Shown here: positions 25,269 to 31,847 of the stretch, piece after piece
Layout of the letters: each line of letters starts with the position of its first letter
Position numbering within the stretch: the stretch's first letter is position 1
Origin: a virus
Direction: 5' to 3' (one strand)
Length of the DNA: 40,103 nucleotides
IMG/VR virus record: IMGVR_UViG_3300029610_000017
Coordinates: 1 to 40,103 of that record
Notes under the pieces: model-generated
Seen by the model: only the letters and a program-made list of their open reading frames with translations
Told to the model about the DNA's origin: nothing
Databases searched by the model: none
Program-made: the position numbers and the translations under genes

Positions 25269-25296
25269 TGGTGCGGGTAACAGGGGTCGAACCTGT
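25269..25296 (-). other. attP core candidate: 3' end of a tRNA gene (T-arm, acceptor strand, ACCA)
   Basis: The minus strand reads ACAGG-TTCGACC-CCTGT-TACCCGC-A-CCA. No D-arm or anticodon arm lies upstream, so it is a fragment. Confidence 0.65.
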
Positions 25297-25342
25297 TCAA
25301 AAAGTCTGTAAACCCCCGTATTGATTGACTTTTTTGTTGCTC

Positions 25343-25363
25343 ATGGCAGATTTCGTGGCAGAT
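25343..25363 (+). repeat. Two further GGCAGAT arm-type repeats next to int
   Basis: ATGGCAGAT followed by TTCGTGGCAGAT. Confidence 0.55.
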
Positions 25364-25365
25364 TA

Positions 25366-26409
25366 TTATAAATATCGCTTAAAAGTATCGCTATAATACG
25401 TTTCGAGCCGCTCAAAAAACTGGTCTTTTTTGTCCCTCATAATGTGACCATATACGCGATTAACCATCTCCTCCGTCTCGTGTCCGAGCATATCCGCGAT
25501 GTACTTTACCGGAATTCCGAGCATGATCATGACCGATGCAGCATAATGACGCAGTTCGTGGAAGGTGTAGTGTGCTCCGGGGCAAACTCTTGCGAGGGCG
25601 CGTTGATATCGAGTGTAAATTTGATTGGCCTTGAGCGGCGTTACAAAGACAGCGTCCGATGTATAGAGACGGCTCATCTCGTCCCGCAGATAAGGGATCA
25701 TCTTAATAATCCGATATCCTGCATGAGATTTCGGCGCCTTTTCGACAAAATTGTTATTGATGTCCCTCACGAGCGCGGTATCGACTTTTATTGTTCCCGC
25801 TCCCAAGTCAACATTTGCCCATTTAAGTCCAACGATCTCGCTTGACCGCATCCCGGAAAGAGCGGCAAGCAGCACAGGCAGCTCGATATCTGTGTCGTAT
25901 ACATCTTTAATCAGCCGCATAACATCTTCTTCAGTTGGTATGATAATGTCCGATTTTTCTTTCTGCGGCAATGTTGTAAGTAATGTAAAATCCGGGCGAA
26001 ACATCTTGAGCGCGGAAGACAAAAGCCCGTGCATATTTCTGACTGTCTTAGGAGCATGGCTTTCCGCTTCTGCGTTAACTGCCGCTTGCACATCCTCACG
26101 GGTCAGATCGTTGACATTGATTTGGTGGAGCATCTTGAGCGAGTTTTTCCGCATCTGAGTATACTCTCGATAGGTGCGCGGCGAAAGGACGTTTTTTTTG
26201 GATTCCACGTATCGTTCCATTGCGCAACAAACCGTGATATTCCCTGCGCGGTTGTCTTTTCTCTGCGCTTCAAATTGCGCCGCCTCAAGCTGCACGGCTT
26301 TTTTGTTTTTTCCGGTAAAGCTCCGGTAATGCGCCTTTCCGTCCTCGTCCTTATAGTCAAGGACTTTTATCCGGTACGATCCCGACGGCAGCCTTTCTGC
26401 CTTAACCAT
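25366..26409 (-). CDS. int: Tyrosine integrase
   Basis: GAAGGAGG ribosome-binding site before the ATG at 26409. N-terminal arm-binding-type domain and a C-terminal HELRHYAAS...LGHETEEMVNRVYGH (R-H-R-Y type). Confidence 0.9.
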   Translation of the reverse strand: MVKAERLPSGSYRIKVLDYKDEDGKAHYRSFTGKNKKAVQLEAAQFEAQRKDNRAGNITVCCAMERYVESKKNVLSPRTYREYTQMRKNSLKMLHQINVNDLTREDVQAAVNAEAESHAPKTVRNMHGLLSSALKMFRPDFTLLTTLPQKEKSDIIIPTEEDVMRLIKDVYDTDIELPVLLAALSGMRSSEIVGLKWANVDLGAGTIKVDTALVRDINNNFVEKAPKSHAGYRIIKMIPYLRDEMSRLYTSDAVFVTPLKANQIYTRYQRALARVCPGAHYTFHELRHYAASVMIMLGIPVKYIADMLGHETEEMVNRVYGHIMRDKKDQFFERLETYYSDTFKRYL

Positions 26410-26423
26410 TTTGACCTCCTTCA

Positions 26424-26446
26424 AAAAGAACCCCGCACGCGCGGGG
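26424..26446 (-). terminator. Hairpin terminator between the XRE-TM gene and int
   Basis: On the minus strand, CCCCGC-GCGT-GCGGGG followed by TTCTTTTT. Confidence 0.55.
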
Positions 26447-26452
26447 TGTTGT

Positions 26453-26920
26453 TCATATGATCGTTATAAAGATTTCTTTCTGCATCTCGAAAGAACCAAG
26501 TGCCTGCCTGAAAAACCCGATGTCGATGTGTGTGAAATCGTATATCAGTATGCCGATGATCGCGGCAACCAACGCAAACAAAAGAAAGCCGAGAAAGATT
26601 ATCCAAAGGTTTTTGTCTCTTAAAGAGCGGAGATAGATCTCGGATATCCGTTTCTCCGTTCCATAGTCTCGGACATACTTAATGACAGTCGCGGTTCCGG
26701 TTGTAGGCTCAATCTGCTTTTGCTCGATTCCCGCAAGCTCGTCGAGAGAGCCACCAAGAACTTTTACCACACTGGAGACGGTGTAAAACGCCGCTCCCTC
26801 GGCATGACCGGAGAACAGCCGCGCAACCGTGCCGGGAGCGATGCCGCTCAGCTCTGCAATCTGCTGATTGGTCAGGGCTTTTTCCTTTTTCAGCTCGTTC
26901 AGATACTCTGAAATCGTCAT
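26453..26920 (-). CDS. XRE-family HTH protein with a C-terminal transmembrane anchor
   Basis: N-terminal LTNQQIAELSGIAPGTVARLFSG HTH. TM segment LWIIFLGFLLFALVAAIIGILIY. No S24 peptidase domain. Confidence 0.7.
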   Translation of the reverse strand: MTISEYLNELKKEKALTNQQIAELSGIAPGTVARLFSGHAEGAAFYTVSSVVKVLGGSLDELAGIEQKQIEPTTGTATVIKYVRDYGTEKRISEIYLRSLRDKNLWIIFLGFLLFALVAAIIGILIYDFTHIDIGFFRQALGSFEMQKEIFITII

Positions 26921-26964
26921 TTTTTTGACCTTCTTTCATTGTATAGTTTCCAGCATTTAAATAT

Positions 26965-26998
26965 GAATCGCAATTCTCATATATGAATTGCACAATTC
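26965..26998. promoter_or_regulatory. Candidate operators in the divergent control region
   Basis: GAATCGCAATTC (26965..26976) and the perfect palindrome GAATTG-CA-CAATTC (26985..26998), each preceded by ATAT. Confidence 0.45.
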
Positions 26999-27029
26999 GA
27001 TTAAATATGCCGGTATTCAGAACTGGTTA

Positions 27030-27058
27030 TTGCTATTCACCTGTAAATGTGGTATGGT
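27030..27058 (+). promoter_or_regulatory. Rightward promoter candidate
   Basis: TTGCTA-17 nt-(TGg)TATGGT. Confidence 0.4.
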
Positions 27059-27088
27059 AAATATAGCATAAAAAACCGGAGGTATACT

Positions 27089-27256
27089 ATGATACGCAAT
27101 CGCTATGAAAAACGGCGCATCGAAAGAGAGCGCCATTACACCGACCCGATAATCACCGAGGACGAGCTTCGGCTTGCAAGAGCCTTGCAGCTCCGCATGA
27201 GGCGCGTGACGTATCAGGAGGACTGTGCGCCGGAAGACGGAAAGGGGGGTGATTGA
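27089..27256 (+). CDS. Hypothetical basic 55-aa protein
   Basis: GGAGG ribosome-binding site before the ATG at 27089. The track start at 27047 lies inside the promoter. Confidence 0.45.
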   Translation: MIRNRYEKRRIERERHYTDPIITEDELRLARALQLRMRRVTYQEDCAPEDGKGGD

Positions 27257-27403
27257 ATGGGAGAGATTCGTTTGACGCCGGATGTTGCCCGGTTTATCGC
27301 AAAACTCACGCAGGAAGAATTCACAATTATTAAATCTCTCTACGGAGAGGACGACGAAAGGACAGAACAAAATGGACGAAAAAATAAATCTTGCCACACT
27401 TGA
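27257..27403 (+). CDS. Hypothetical 48-aa protein (not in the ORF track)
   Basis: GGGGGGTGA ribosome-binding site. The ATG abuts the upstream stop. Helical-looking TPDVARFIAKLTQEEFTIIKSLYG. Confidence 0.35.
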   Translation: MGEIRLTPDVARFIAKLTQEEFTIIKSLYGEDDERTEQNGRKNKSCHT

Positions 27404-27488
27404 CATCGAGTACATAAAGCTTATTGACAGAGTACTCAACGCCACCCCTGAACAGCTCGAAAAAATCGAGCAGTTGATAAACGAGTAA
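27372..27488 (+). CDS. Hypothetical 38-aa protein (3' part of track ORF 27282..27488)
   Basis: The N-terminal 30 aa of the track ORF look like out-of-frame read-through of 27257..27403. The internal ATG gives a plausible helical peptide. Confidence 0.3.
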   Translation: MDEKINLATLDIEYIKLIDRVLNATPEQLEKIEQLINE

Positions 27489-27508
27489 ATCCAATATATC
27501 AGGCAACT

Positions 27509-27528
27509 GCCCGCTTCGGCGGGCTTTT
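27509..27528 (+). terminator. Rho-independent terminator
   Basis: GCCCGC-TTCG-GCGGGC followed by TTTT. Confidence 0.75.
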
Positions 27529-27539
27529 GTCATCTTGGA

Positions 27540-27938
27540 TTATACGAAATAAGGGTTGGGCTTGAAAAGTATCGCGAAAAAGTCAATTACAACCCCGACA
27601 AATCCAATTCCGCACGTGAATAGATAAACAATGCCCAGCAGAATCTTGCCCTCGTAGAATTTATGCGCGCCCAAAAAGCCCAAAAACACGCACAACAGCA
27701 GGGCAACCCATTTGTTTTTCATATTTCCATACGGGAAATAATCAGCATTATCGTTGATGTTTGTATTGTTGACAATAACAGCCGGCTGCGGTTGGTTTTG
27801 ATGAAAATTCTCTTGTGTAGCCGGAACGATATCTTCTTTAGAAAGTACCTTCGCTTTTTCCGATTCAAATTCCTGTACAGTAAGCACGCCCTCGTTGAGT
27901 AAATCTTTCAGCTTTGTAAGTTCATCGTATTTTGACAT
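27540..27938 (-). CDS. SHOCT-domain plus TM2-domain membrane protein
   Basis: SHOCT-like LTKLKDLLNEGVLTVQEFESEKAKVL. TM2-like NKWVALLLCVFLGFLGAHKFYEGK...GIVYLFTCGIG. The ATG at 27938 has the better ribosome-binding site; the track start is 27965. Confidence 0.65.
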   Translation of the reverse strand: MSKYDELTKLKDLLNEGVLTVQEFESEKAKVLSKEDIVPATQENFHQNQPQPAVIVNNTNINDNADYFPYGNMKNKWVALLLCVFLGFLGAHKFYEGKILLGIVYLFTCGIGFVGVVIDFFAILFKPNPYFV

Positions 27939-27986
27939 TTTCTCATTCCTTTCTTTGCTTGCCATTATTATTCCGGCATAAATCCC

Positions 27987-28319
27987 TTAGTGCTCGGTAT
28001 CGAGCAGTTTATTTATAGCCTTAACCTTATCCAAGGGAGAGGCGACTATTTTTTTTATTAAAGCGGCAACAGCAGGATCAAGCTTTGATAAATCGAGGGT
28101 GTCGGGGGTACGGGAAGGTTCATCGGTTTCGTCTCTCAGGTACTCAGGCGTGGTATCAAGTAGTACCGCGATCTTGAAAAGGATATCGTCTGGGATATTC
28201 AAGTTAAGTCTTTTGCAGTCCTTCAAGTATCCTCGCGACTTTCCGCTTAATATACTGAGGTCTGATTGAGATATACGTTTCTTCTCTCTCAACATATCTA
28301 TTTTGCTATAATTGACCAT
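27987..28319 (-). CDS. XRE-family HTH regulator (candidate repressor)
   Basis: GGGGGCGG ribosome-binding site before the ATG at 28319. HTH is ISQSDLSILSGKSRGYLKDCKR. Confidence 0.65.
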   Translation of the reverse strand: MVNYSKIDMLREKKRISQSDLSILSGKSRGYLKDCKRLNLNIPDDILFKIAVLLDTTPEYLRDETDEPSRTPDTLDLSKLDPAVAALIKKIVASPLDKVKAINKLLDTEH

Positions 28320-28376
28320 AAAACCGCCCCCGGATTTGTGCAAACTCTAAAATCGCTCAAAATGGGCGAAAAACTA

Positions 28377-28405
28377 TTGACTTCGCCCGTTTTGGGTGAT
28401 ATAAT
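28377..28405 (+). promoter_or_regulatory. Strong rightward promoter
   Basis: TTGACT-17 nt-(TGa)TATAAT. Confidence 0.7.
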
Positions 28406-28495
28406 GTAATTACGGTAACAGAAATGATTGCCACAGACAAAGAACCTCCCGAGACAAAAGCGCCGGAAAGTGATTAAATTGTACCTCGCAATTAC

Positions 28496-28524
28496 AGTAT
28501 ATCATTTAACGGCGCGATTGTCAA
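28496..28524 (-). promoter_or_regulatory. Leftward promoter for the XRE / SHOCT-TM2 operon
   Basis: On the minus strand, TTGACA-17 nt-TATACT. Confidence 0.7.
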
Positions 28525-28570
28525 GGGAAATTCTGAAAAACTAACCGCAAAGAAAGAAAAGGCAGGCAAA

Positions 28571-28602
28571 ACAAAAAACCAATGGATGCGCGTATCCATT
28601 GG
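28571..28602 (-). terminator. Rho-independent terminator of the candidate ncRNA
   Basis: On the minus strand, CCAATGGAT-ACGCGC-ATCCATTGG followed by TTTTTTGT. Confidence 0.75.
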
Positions 28603-28927
28603 CTGATTGTCCAAATTTGTTTACCCTCGACATCGTGCAGGCTTTCGCCGCACAAAACGCGCTCTGCGCTTCTTTGAGATGTTTTGTCACTTTCGCAGTT
28701 TTGGTTCTGCAAATGCCTGATTGCTGACGCTTTGTCAGGAGTGCTTATTTCGGTGGGCATACTGGGATGCGCTTACACTCCCGTGTAAGGAACTCCGCCG
28801 AAACAGCCGCTGCATTTAACCGGTTTAATGTGCTTTGGCACCACAATTGCGACCCGTCAATAAGGGAGCAGGCAAATTCAAAAGCTTGGCTAACATAACC
28901 GCGCTCCTTTCTTTGCCAAGACGGCAC
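28571..28927 (-). ncRNA. Candidate structured non-coding RNA of about 350 nt, family unknown
   Basis: Bounded by its own promoter and terminator. Contains several perfect hairpins with GNRA or A-rich loops on the minus strand only. No convincing ORF. Confidence 0.5.
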
Positions 28928-28933
28928 GCCGTC

Positions 28934-28962
28934 AGTATACCGCTGATCGGCGTGTTTGTCAA
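28934..28962 (-). promoter_or_regulatory. Promoter of the candidate ncRNA
   Basis: On the minus strand, TTGACA-17 nt-TATACT. These are the same hexamers as at 28496..28524. Confidence 0.7.
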
Positions 28963-28985
28963 GAAAAATTCTTAAAAATTAATAT
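28956..28985 (+). promoter_or_regulatory. Early-operon promoter candidate, back-to-back with the ncRNA promoter
   Basis: TTGTCA-18 nt-TAATAT. Its -35 overlaps the minus-strand -35 (TTTGTCAAG). Confidence 0.4.
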
Positions 28986-29003
28986 ATTAAAAAGGAGGAC
29001 AAA

Positions 29004-29213
29004 ATGAACCTTGACCTTAAGACCCGGATAGTTCGGCTTCATATAAAGCAGAACGACATCGCAAAGATGTTGAGCGGCAACGGCTTTCCGGTACATCCCG
29101 CAGAGCTGAGCGACGCGATTCACGCAAAGAACAGCTACCCGAAAACCCTTAAGATTCAGAACGATCTTAAGAACCTTCTGACCAAGCTCGAACATGAAAG
29201 GGGACTTGACTGA
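29004..29213 (+). CDS. Cro-like small DNA-binding protein (putative)
   Basis: AAGGAGG ribosome-binding site. First gene of the early operon. Possible HTH at KQNDIAKMLSGNGFPVHPAELSDAIH. Confidence 0.35.
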   Translation: MNLDLKTRIVRLHIKQNDIAKMLSGNGFPVHPAELSDAIHAKNSYPKTLKIQNDLKNLLTKLEHERGLD

Positions 29214-29458
29214 TGCCCCGCGCAGCCATTACCGAAACCGAAAAACGGTGCGCTTCGGTCGTGCGGCATATCGACGCATACAAAGCAGAAAGATACCGGA
29301 AGGGAGACGACAAGGACACCGTCGCAAAGAAACTCGGTCTGTCCTACGGTCGCCTGAAAAGCATTCTCAGGACATCCCCGGAAAGCGTCACCCTCTCGGA
29401 GCTTTCTGCCATCGCAAACGCGATGAACATCTCAATCTCAACTCTCATAGGAGGCTGA
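29213..29458 (+). CDS. HTH-domain protein
   Basis: The C-terminal TLSELSAIANAMNISISTLIGG is XRE-helix-like. Confidence 0.45.
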   Translation: MPRAAITETEKRCASVVRHIDAYKAERYRKGDDKDTVAKKLGLSYGRLKSILRTSPESVTLSELSAIANAMNISISTLIGG

Positions 29459-29459
29459 C

Positions 29460-29612
29460 ATGAAAAAGTACATCCCCGGCACGCTTGCCCTCACACTCAT
29501 GTATATCTTTCTTGCGCTTGCCGTGACCTTCGGAGTAAAGGCTCTCGCCGCCCTGCCGGTTATCGTGTACGCGCAGTACAGACTAATTTTCAAAAGGAGA
29601 AGCAAACCATGA
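29460..29612 (+). CDS. Small hydrophobic membrane protein (50 aa, not in the ORF track)
   Basis: AGGAGG ribosome-binding site. Hydrophobic stretch TLALTLMYIFLALAVTFGVKALAALPVIVY. Stop overlaps the next ATG. Confidence 0.5.
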   Translation: MKKYIPGTLALTLMYIFLALAVTFGVKALAALPVIVYAQYRLIFKRRSKP

Positions 29613-29905
29613 AAAAACGCACATCCGCAGATATGCTCTGCATAGCAGAATACACCCTCAAGCATCTCTACAACCTGAACGTCCATGCCCCGAAAAACGT
29701 AGAATTCAAAATGAGTTATGATGCCGACATGGTCTCCGCCATGATGTTCATCTGGGGAGCAAACGGAACCGAAATCACTTATTCGGAGATCCAGTCCACA
29801 TATAACAGCTTCCACCTCGACCGCAACGACGTGTACGACGCAATCGCCCGCTGGGAAGAAAGATACCTCAAAAAGGAGACCCCCGAAGATGACAATCTGG
29901 GATGA
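29609..29905 (+). CDS. Hypothetical protein
   Basis: AAGGAG ribosome-binding site, translationally coupled. Confidence 0.5.
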   Translation: MKKRTSADMLCIAEYTLKHLYNLNVHAPKNVEFKMSYDADMVSAMMFIWGANGTEITYSEIQSTYNSFHLDRNDVYDAIARWEERYLKKETPEDDNLG

Positions 29906-30098
29906 ACTCATAATAGCCGACTACGAAAGCAAATGGCTCGACCCGGATTACGATTTTGCAAATCGCTGTTACCGGTCCGACGAAGAAGCAGCCGAGACCG
30001 ACACCCGCGAAATGCCCCTCACGGAAGATGAGGAGTATGAAGAAGACCTCCGCATGACGGAGATGAGAAGAGAAATCCTCGGAAGGAGATACGCATGA
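29889..30098 (+). CDS. Hypothetical highly acidic protein
   Basis: AAGGAG ribosome-binding site, D/E-rich, 69 aa. Confidence 0.5.
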   Translation: MTIWDELIIADYESKWLDPDYDFANRCYRSDEEAAETDTREMPLTEDEEYEEDLRMTEMRREILGRRYA

Positions 30099-30595
30099 AC
30101 CTCTACGAAATCAACTCACAGATAAAACGAATCCTCGATAACGGCTTCAACGGGAGCATCGACCCCGAAACCGGCGAGATCATCGACGAAGGCGAACACG
30201 ACCTTGAAACCCTTGAAATCCTCCGTCAGGACAAGCTTGAAGGCATAGCCCTCTACATCAAGAACCTGAACGCTCTGGCAGACGATATAAAGGCAGAGGA
30301 GAAATCCCTTGCCGAGCGCAGAAAAGCCGCAGAAGCCAAAGCAGAACGCCTGAGCGCGTATCTCGCGGACGACCTCACCTCTCACGGCGAGAAAAAGCTC
30401 GAAACCGCAAAATGCGCCGTCACAATGAGAAAATCCGAAGCGGTCATCGTCGACGAATCCCTCCTCGACATGACATGGTTCAAGCCCACCACCACATACA
30501 AACCGATGCTGGCTGAAATAAAGAAAGCAATCAAAGCCGGAGAAACCGTCGACGGCGCACACATCGAAGAAAGGCAGAAGGTAACAGTGAAATGA
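30095..30595 (+). CDS. Siphovirus Gp157-family protein
   Basis: N-terminal MNLYEI... followed by a coiled coil. Located upstream of the recombinase. Confidence 0.65.
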   Translation: MNLYEINSQIKRILDNGFNGSIDPETGEIIDEGEHDLETLEILRQDKLEGIALYIKNLNALADDIKAEEKSLAERRKAAEAKAERLSAYLADDLTSHGEKKLETAKCAVTMRKSEAVIVDESLLDMTWFKPTTTYKPMLAEIKKAIKAGETVDGAHIEERQKVTVK

Positions 30596-31320
30596 GAGAC
30601 CTCAGAGCAGACGAAATCGACCTCCGCATACAGCAGATAAAAACGAAGAACGACCAGCCGACCGGGCTTATCCTCCTCTGCTACAAGGACGCAAGAGTGG
30701 ATATGGATATCCTTGACGAGACATACGGCTCCATGGGATGGCAGAGAACGCATGAGTTCAAGGACGGCAAGCTCTACTGCACCGTCTCCGTCTGGGACGA
30801 TGTGAAAAAGTGCTGGATAAGCAAAGAGGACGTCGGAACCGAGAGCAACACCGAAGCCGAAAAAGGACAGGCAAGCGACAGCTTCAAAAGAGCTAACTTC
30901 AACTGGGGAATCGGCAGAGAGCTTTATACATCGCCCTTCATCTGGGTGGACGCATCAAAGTGCAACGTCTATGATACCAAGCGCAAAGACAAATTCGGCG
31001 CCCCGATTTTCGCGTGCAACGACGGCTTCTCGGTCGAATCCATCACCATAGAGAACAAAGTCATCACCGCAATGTCCGTAAAAAACAACAGAACCGGGGA
31101 AACCGTCTTCGCGTACAGCAAAAACAAGCCGCAAAAGCCCAAACCCGCCGCCCCCTCAGAAATCACCTGCACCAAATGCGGAGTAAAGATCGAGCCGGTC
31201 ATAGCCAAGACCGGCAAGACTATGACCGCGCAGGAGATTTCCGACTTCTCAAGAAAGAAGTTCGGACAGTGCCTCTGCCCCGCCTGCCAGAAGATCGAGA
31301 ACGAAAGAGCTAAAGCATGA
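30592..31320 (+). CDS. Rad52/Sak-type single-strand annealing protein with a C-terminal zinc ribbon
   Basis: Motifs ASDSFKRANFNWGIGRELY and CTKCG...CPAC. Confidence 0.7.
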   Translation: MRDLRADEIDLRIQQIKTKNDQPTGLILLCYKDARVDMDILDETYGSMGWQRTHEFKDGKLYCTVSVWDDVKKCWISKEDVGTESNTEAEKGQASDSFKRANFNWGIGRELYTSPFIWVDASKCNVYDTKRKDKFGAPIFACNDGFSVESITIENKVITAMSVKNNRTGETVFAYSKNKPQKPKPAAPSEITCTKCGVKIEPVIAKTGKTMTAQEISDFSRKKFGQCLCPACQKIENERAKA

Positions 31321-31847
31321 AAGGCAGGATCGCCTCCGAAATAACCTTCACCGCCGACCGGAAGCAGCGCGTCACGATAGAGCTTGACGAGGACTTCCGT
31401 CCGGCATGGGACGGGCTTCACGGAGAGGATGTCGAAATCACCGTTAAGAAGTACCGCAAAAAGCGCAGCCTTGATTCGTCAGCCTACGCATGGGTGCTTC
31501 TCGACCGCCTCTCCGAAAAGCTACGCATCCCGAAGGAAAGGATATACCGCTCCCTTATCCGCGACGTTGGCGGCAACTGCACAACCGTCTGCGTTCAGGA
31601 TAAGGCAGTGGATAAGCTGACGGAATCATGGCAGAGAAACGGCATCGGATGGGTGACAGACACCATGCCCTCAAAGCTGGACGGCTGTAAGACAGTGATC
31701 CTCTATTACGGCTCCTCCACCTACGATACCGCCCAGATGTCCCGCCTCCTCGACCTCATCATCGAGGAGTGCAAGGAACAGGGCATCGAAACCAAAACCC
31801 CGAACGAGATCGCGGAGATGCTGAGCCTATGGGAAAACGCGAGATAA
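31317..31847 (+). CDS. NinB/Orf-like or HNHc_6-like recombination accessory protein (putative)
   Basis: RSLDSSAYAWVLLDRLSEKL resembles the lambda NinB RSLDQNRKLWACLGDVS. Confidence 0.35.
   Translation: MKGRIASEITFTADRKQRVTIELDEDFRPAWDGLHGEDVEITVKKYRKKRSLDSSAYAWVLLDRLSEKLRIPKERIYRSLIRDVGGNCTTVCVQDKAVDKLTESWQRNGIGWVTDTMPSKLDGCKTVILYYGSSTYDTAQMSRLLDLIIEECKEQGIETKTPNEIAEMLSLWENAR

Noticed and set aside
24850-25300. Track ORFs 24850..25188 (+) and 24914..25300 (-) in the attP region.
   Set aside because: They span terminators, tandem arm repeats and the tRNA fragment. They have no ribosome-binding site and a biased R/P/G composition. Only the short 24908..25069 frame looks protein-like.
25269-25340. 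A complete tRNA gene on the minus strand.
   Set aside because: Only the T-arm, the 3' acceptor strand and CCA are present. The sequence upstream cannot form anticodon or D arms, and there is no matching 5' acceptor strand GCGGGTA. It is an attP core fragment.
28521-28927. Track ORFs 28521..28760 (-) and 28745..28927 (-) as protein genes.
   Set aside because: One runs through the intrinsic terminator. The other starts with GTG at the predicted +1 with no ribosome-binding site. Both have odd Cys/Arg-rich sequences. The dense GNRA-capped hairpins fit an RNA gene better. A small protein is not fully excluded (see findings).
29889-30098. Acidic small proteins (29889..30098 and 37710..37997) as DNA-mimic anti-restriction or anti-CRISPR proteins.
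   Set aside because: Only the charge bias supports this. There is no recognisable family motif and no Aca-type neighbour arrangement that I can verify without a search.
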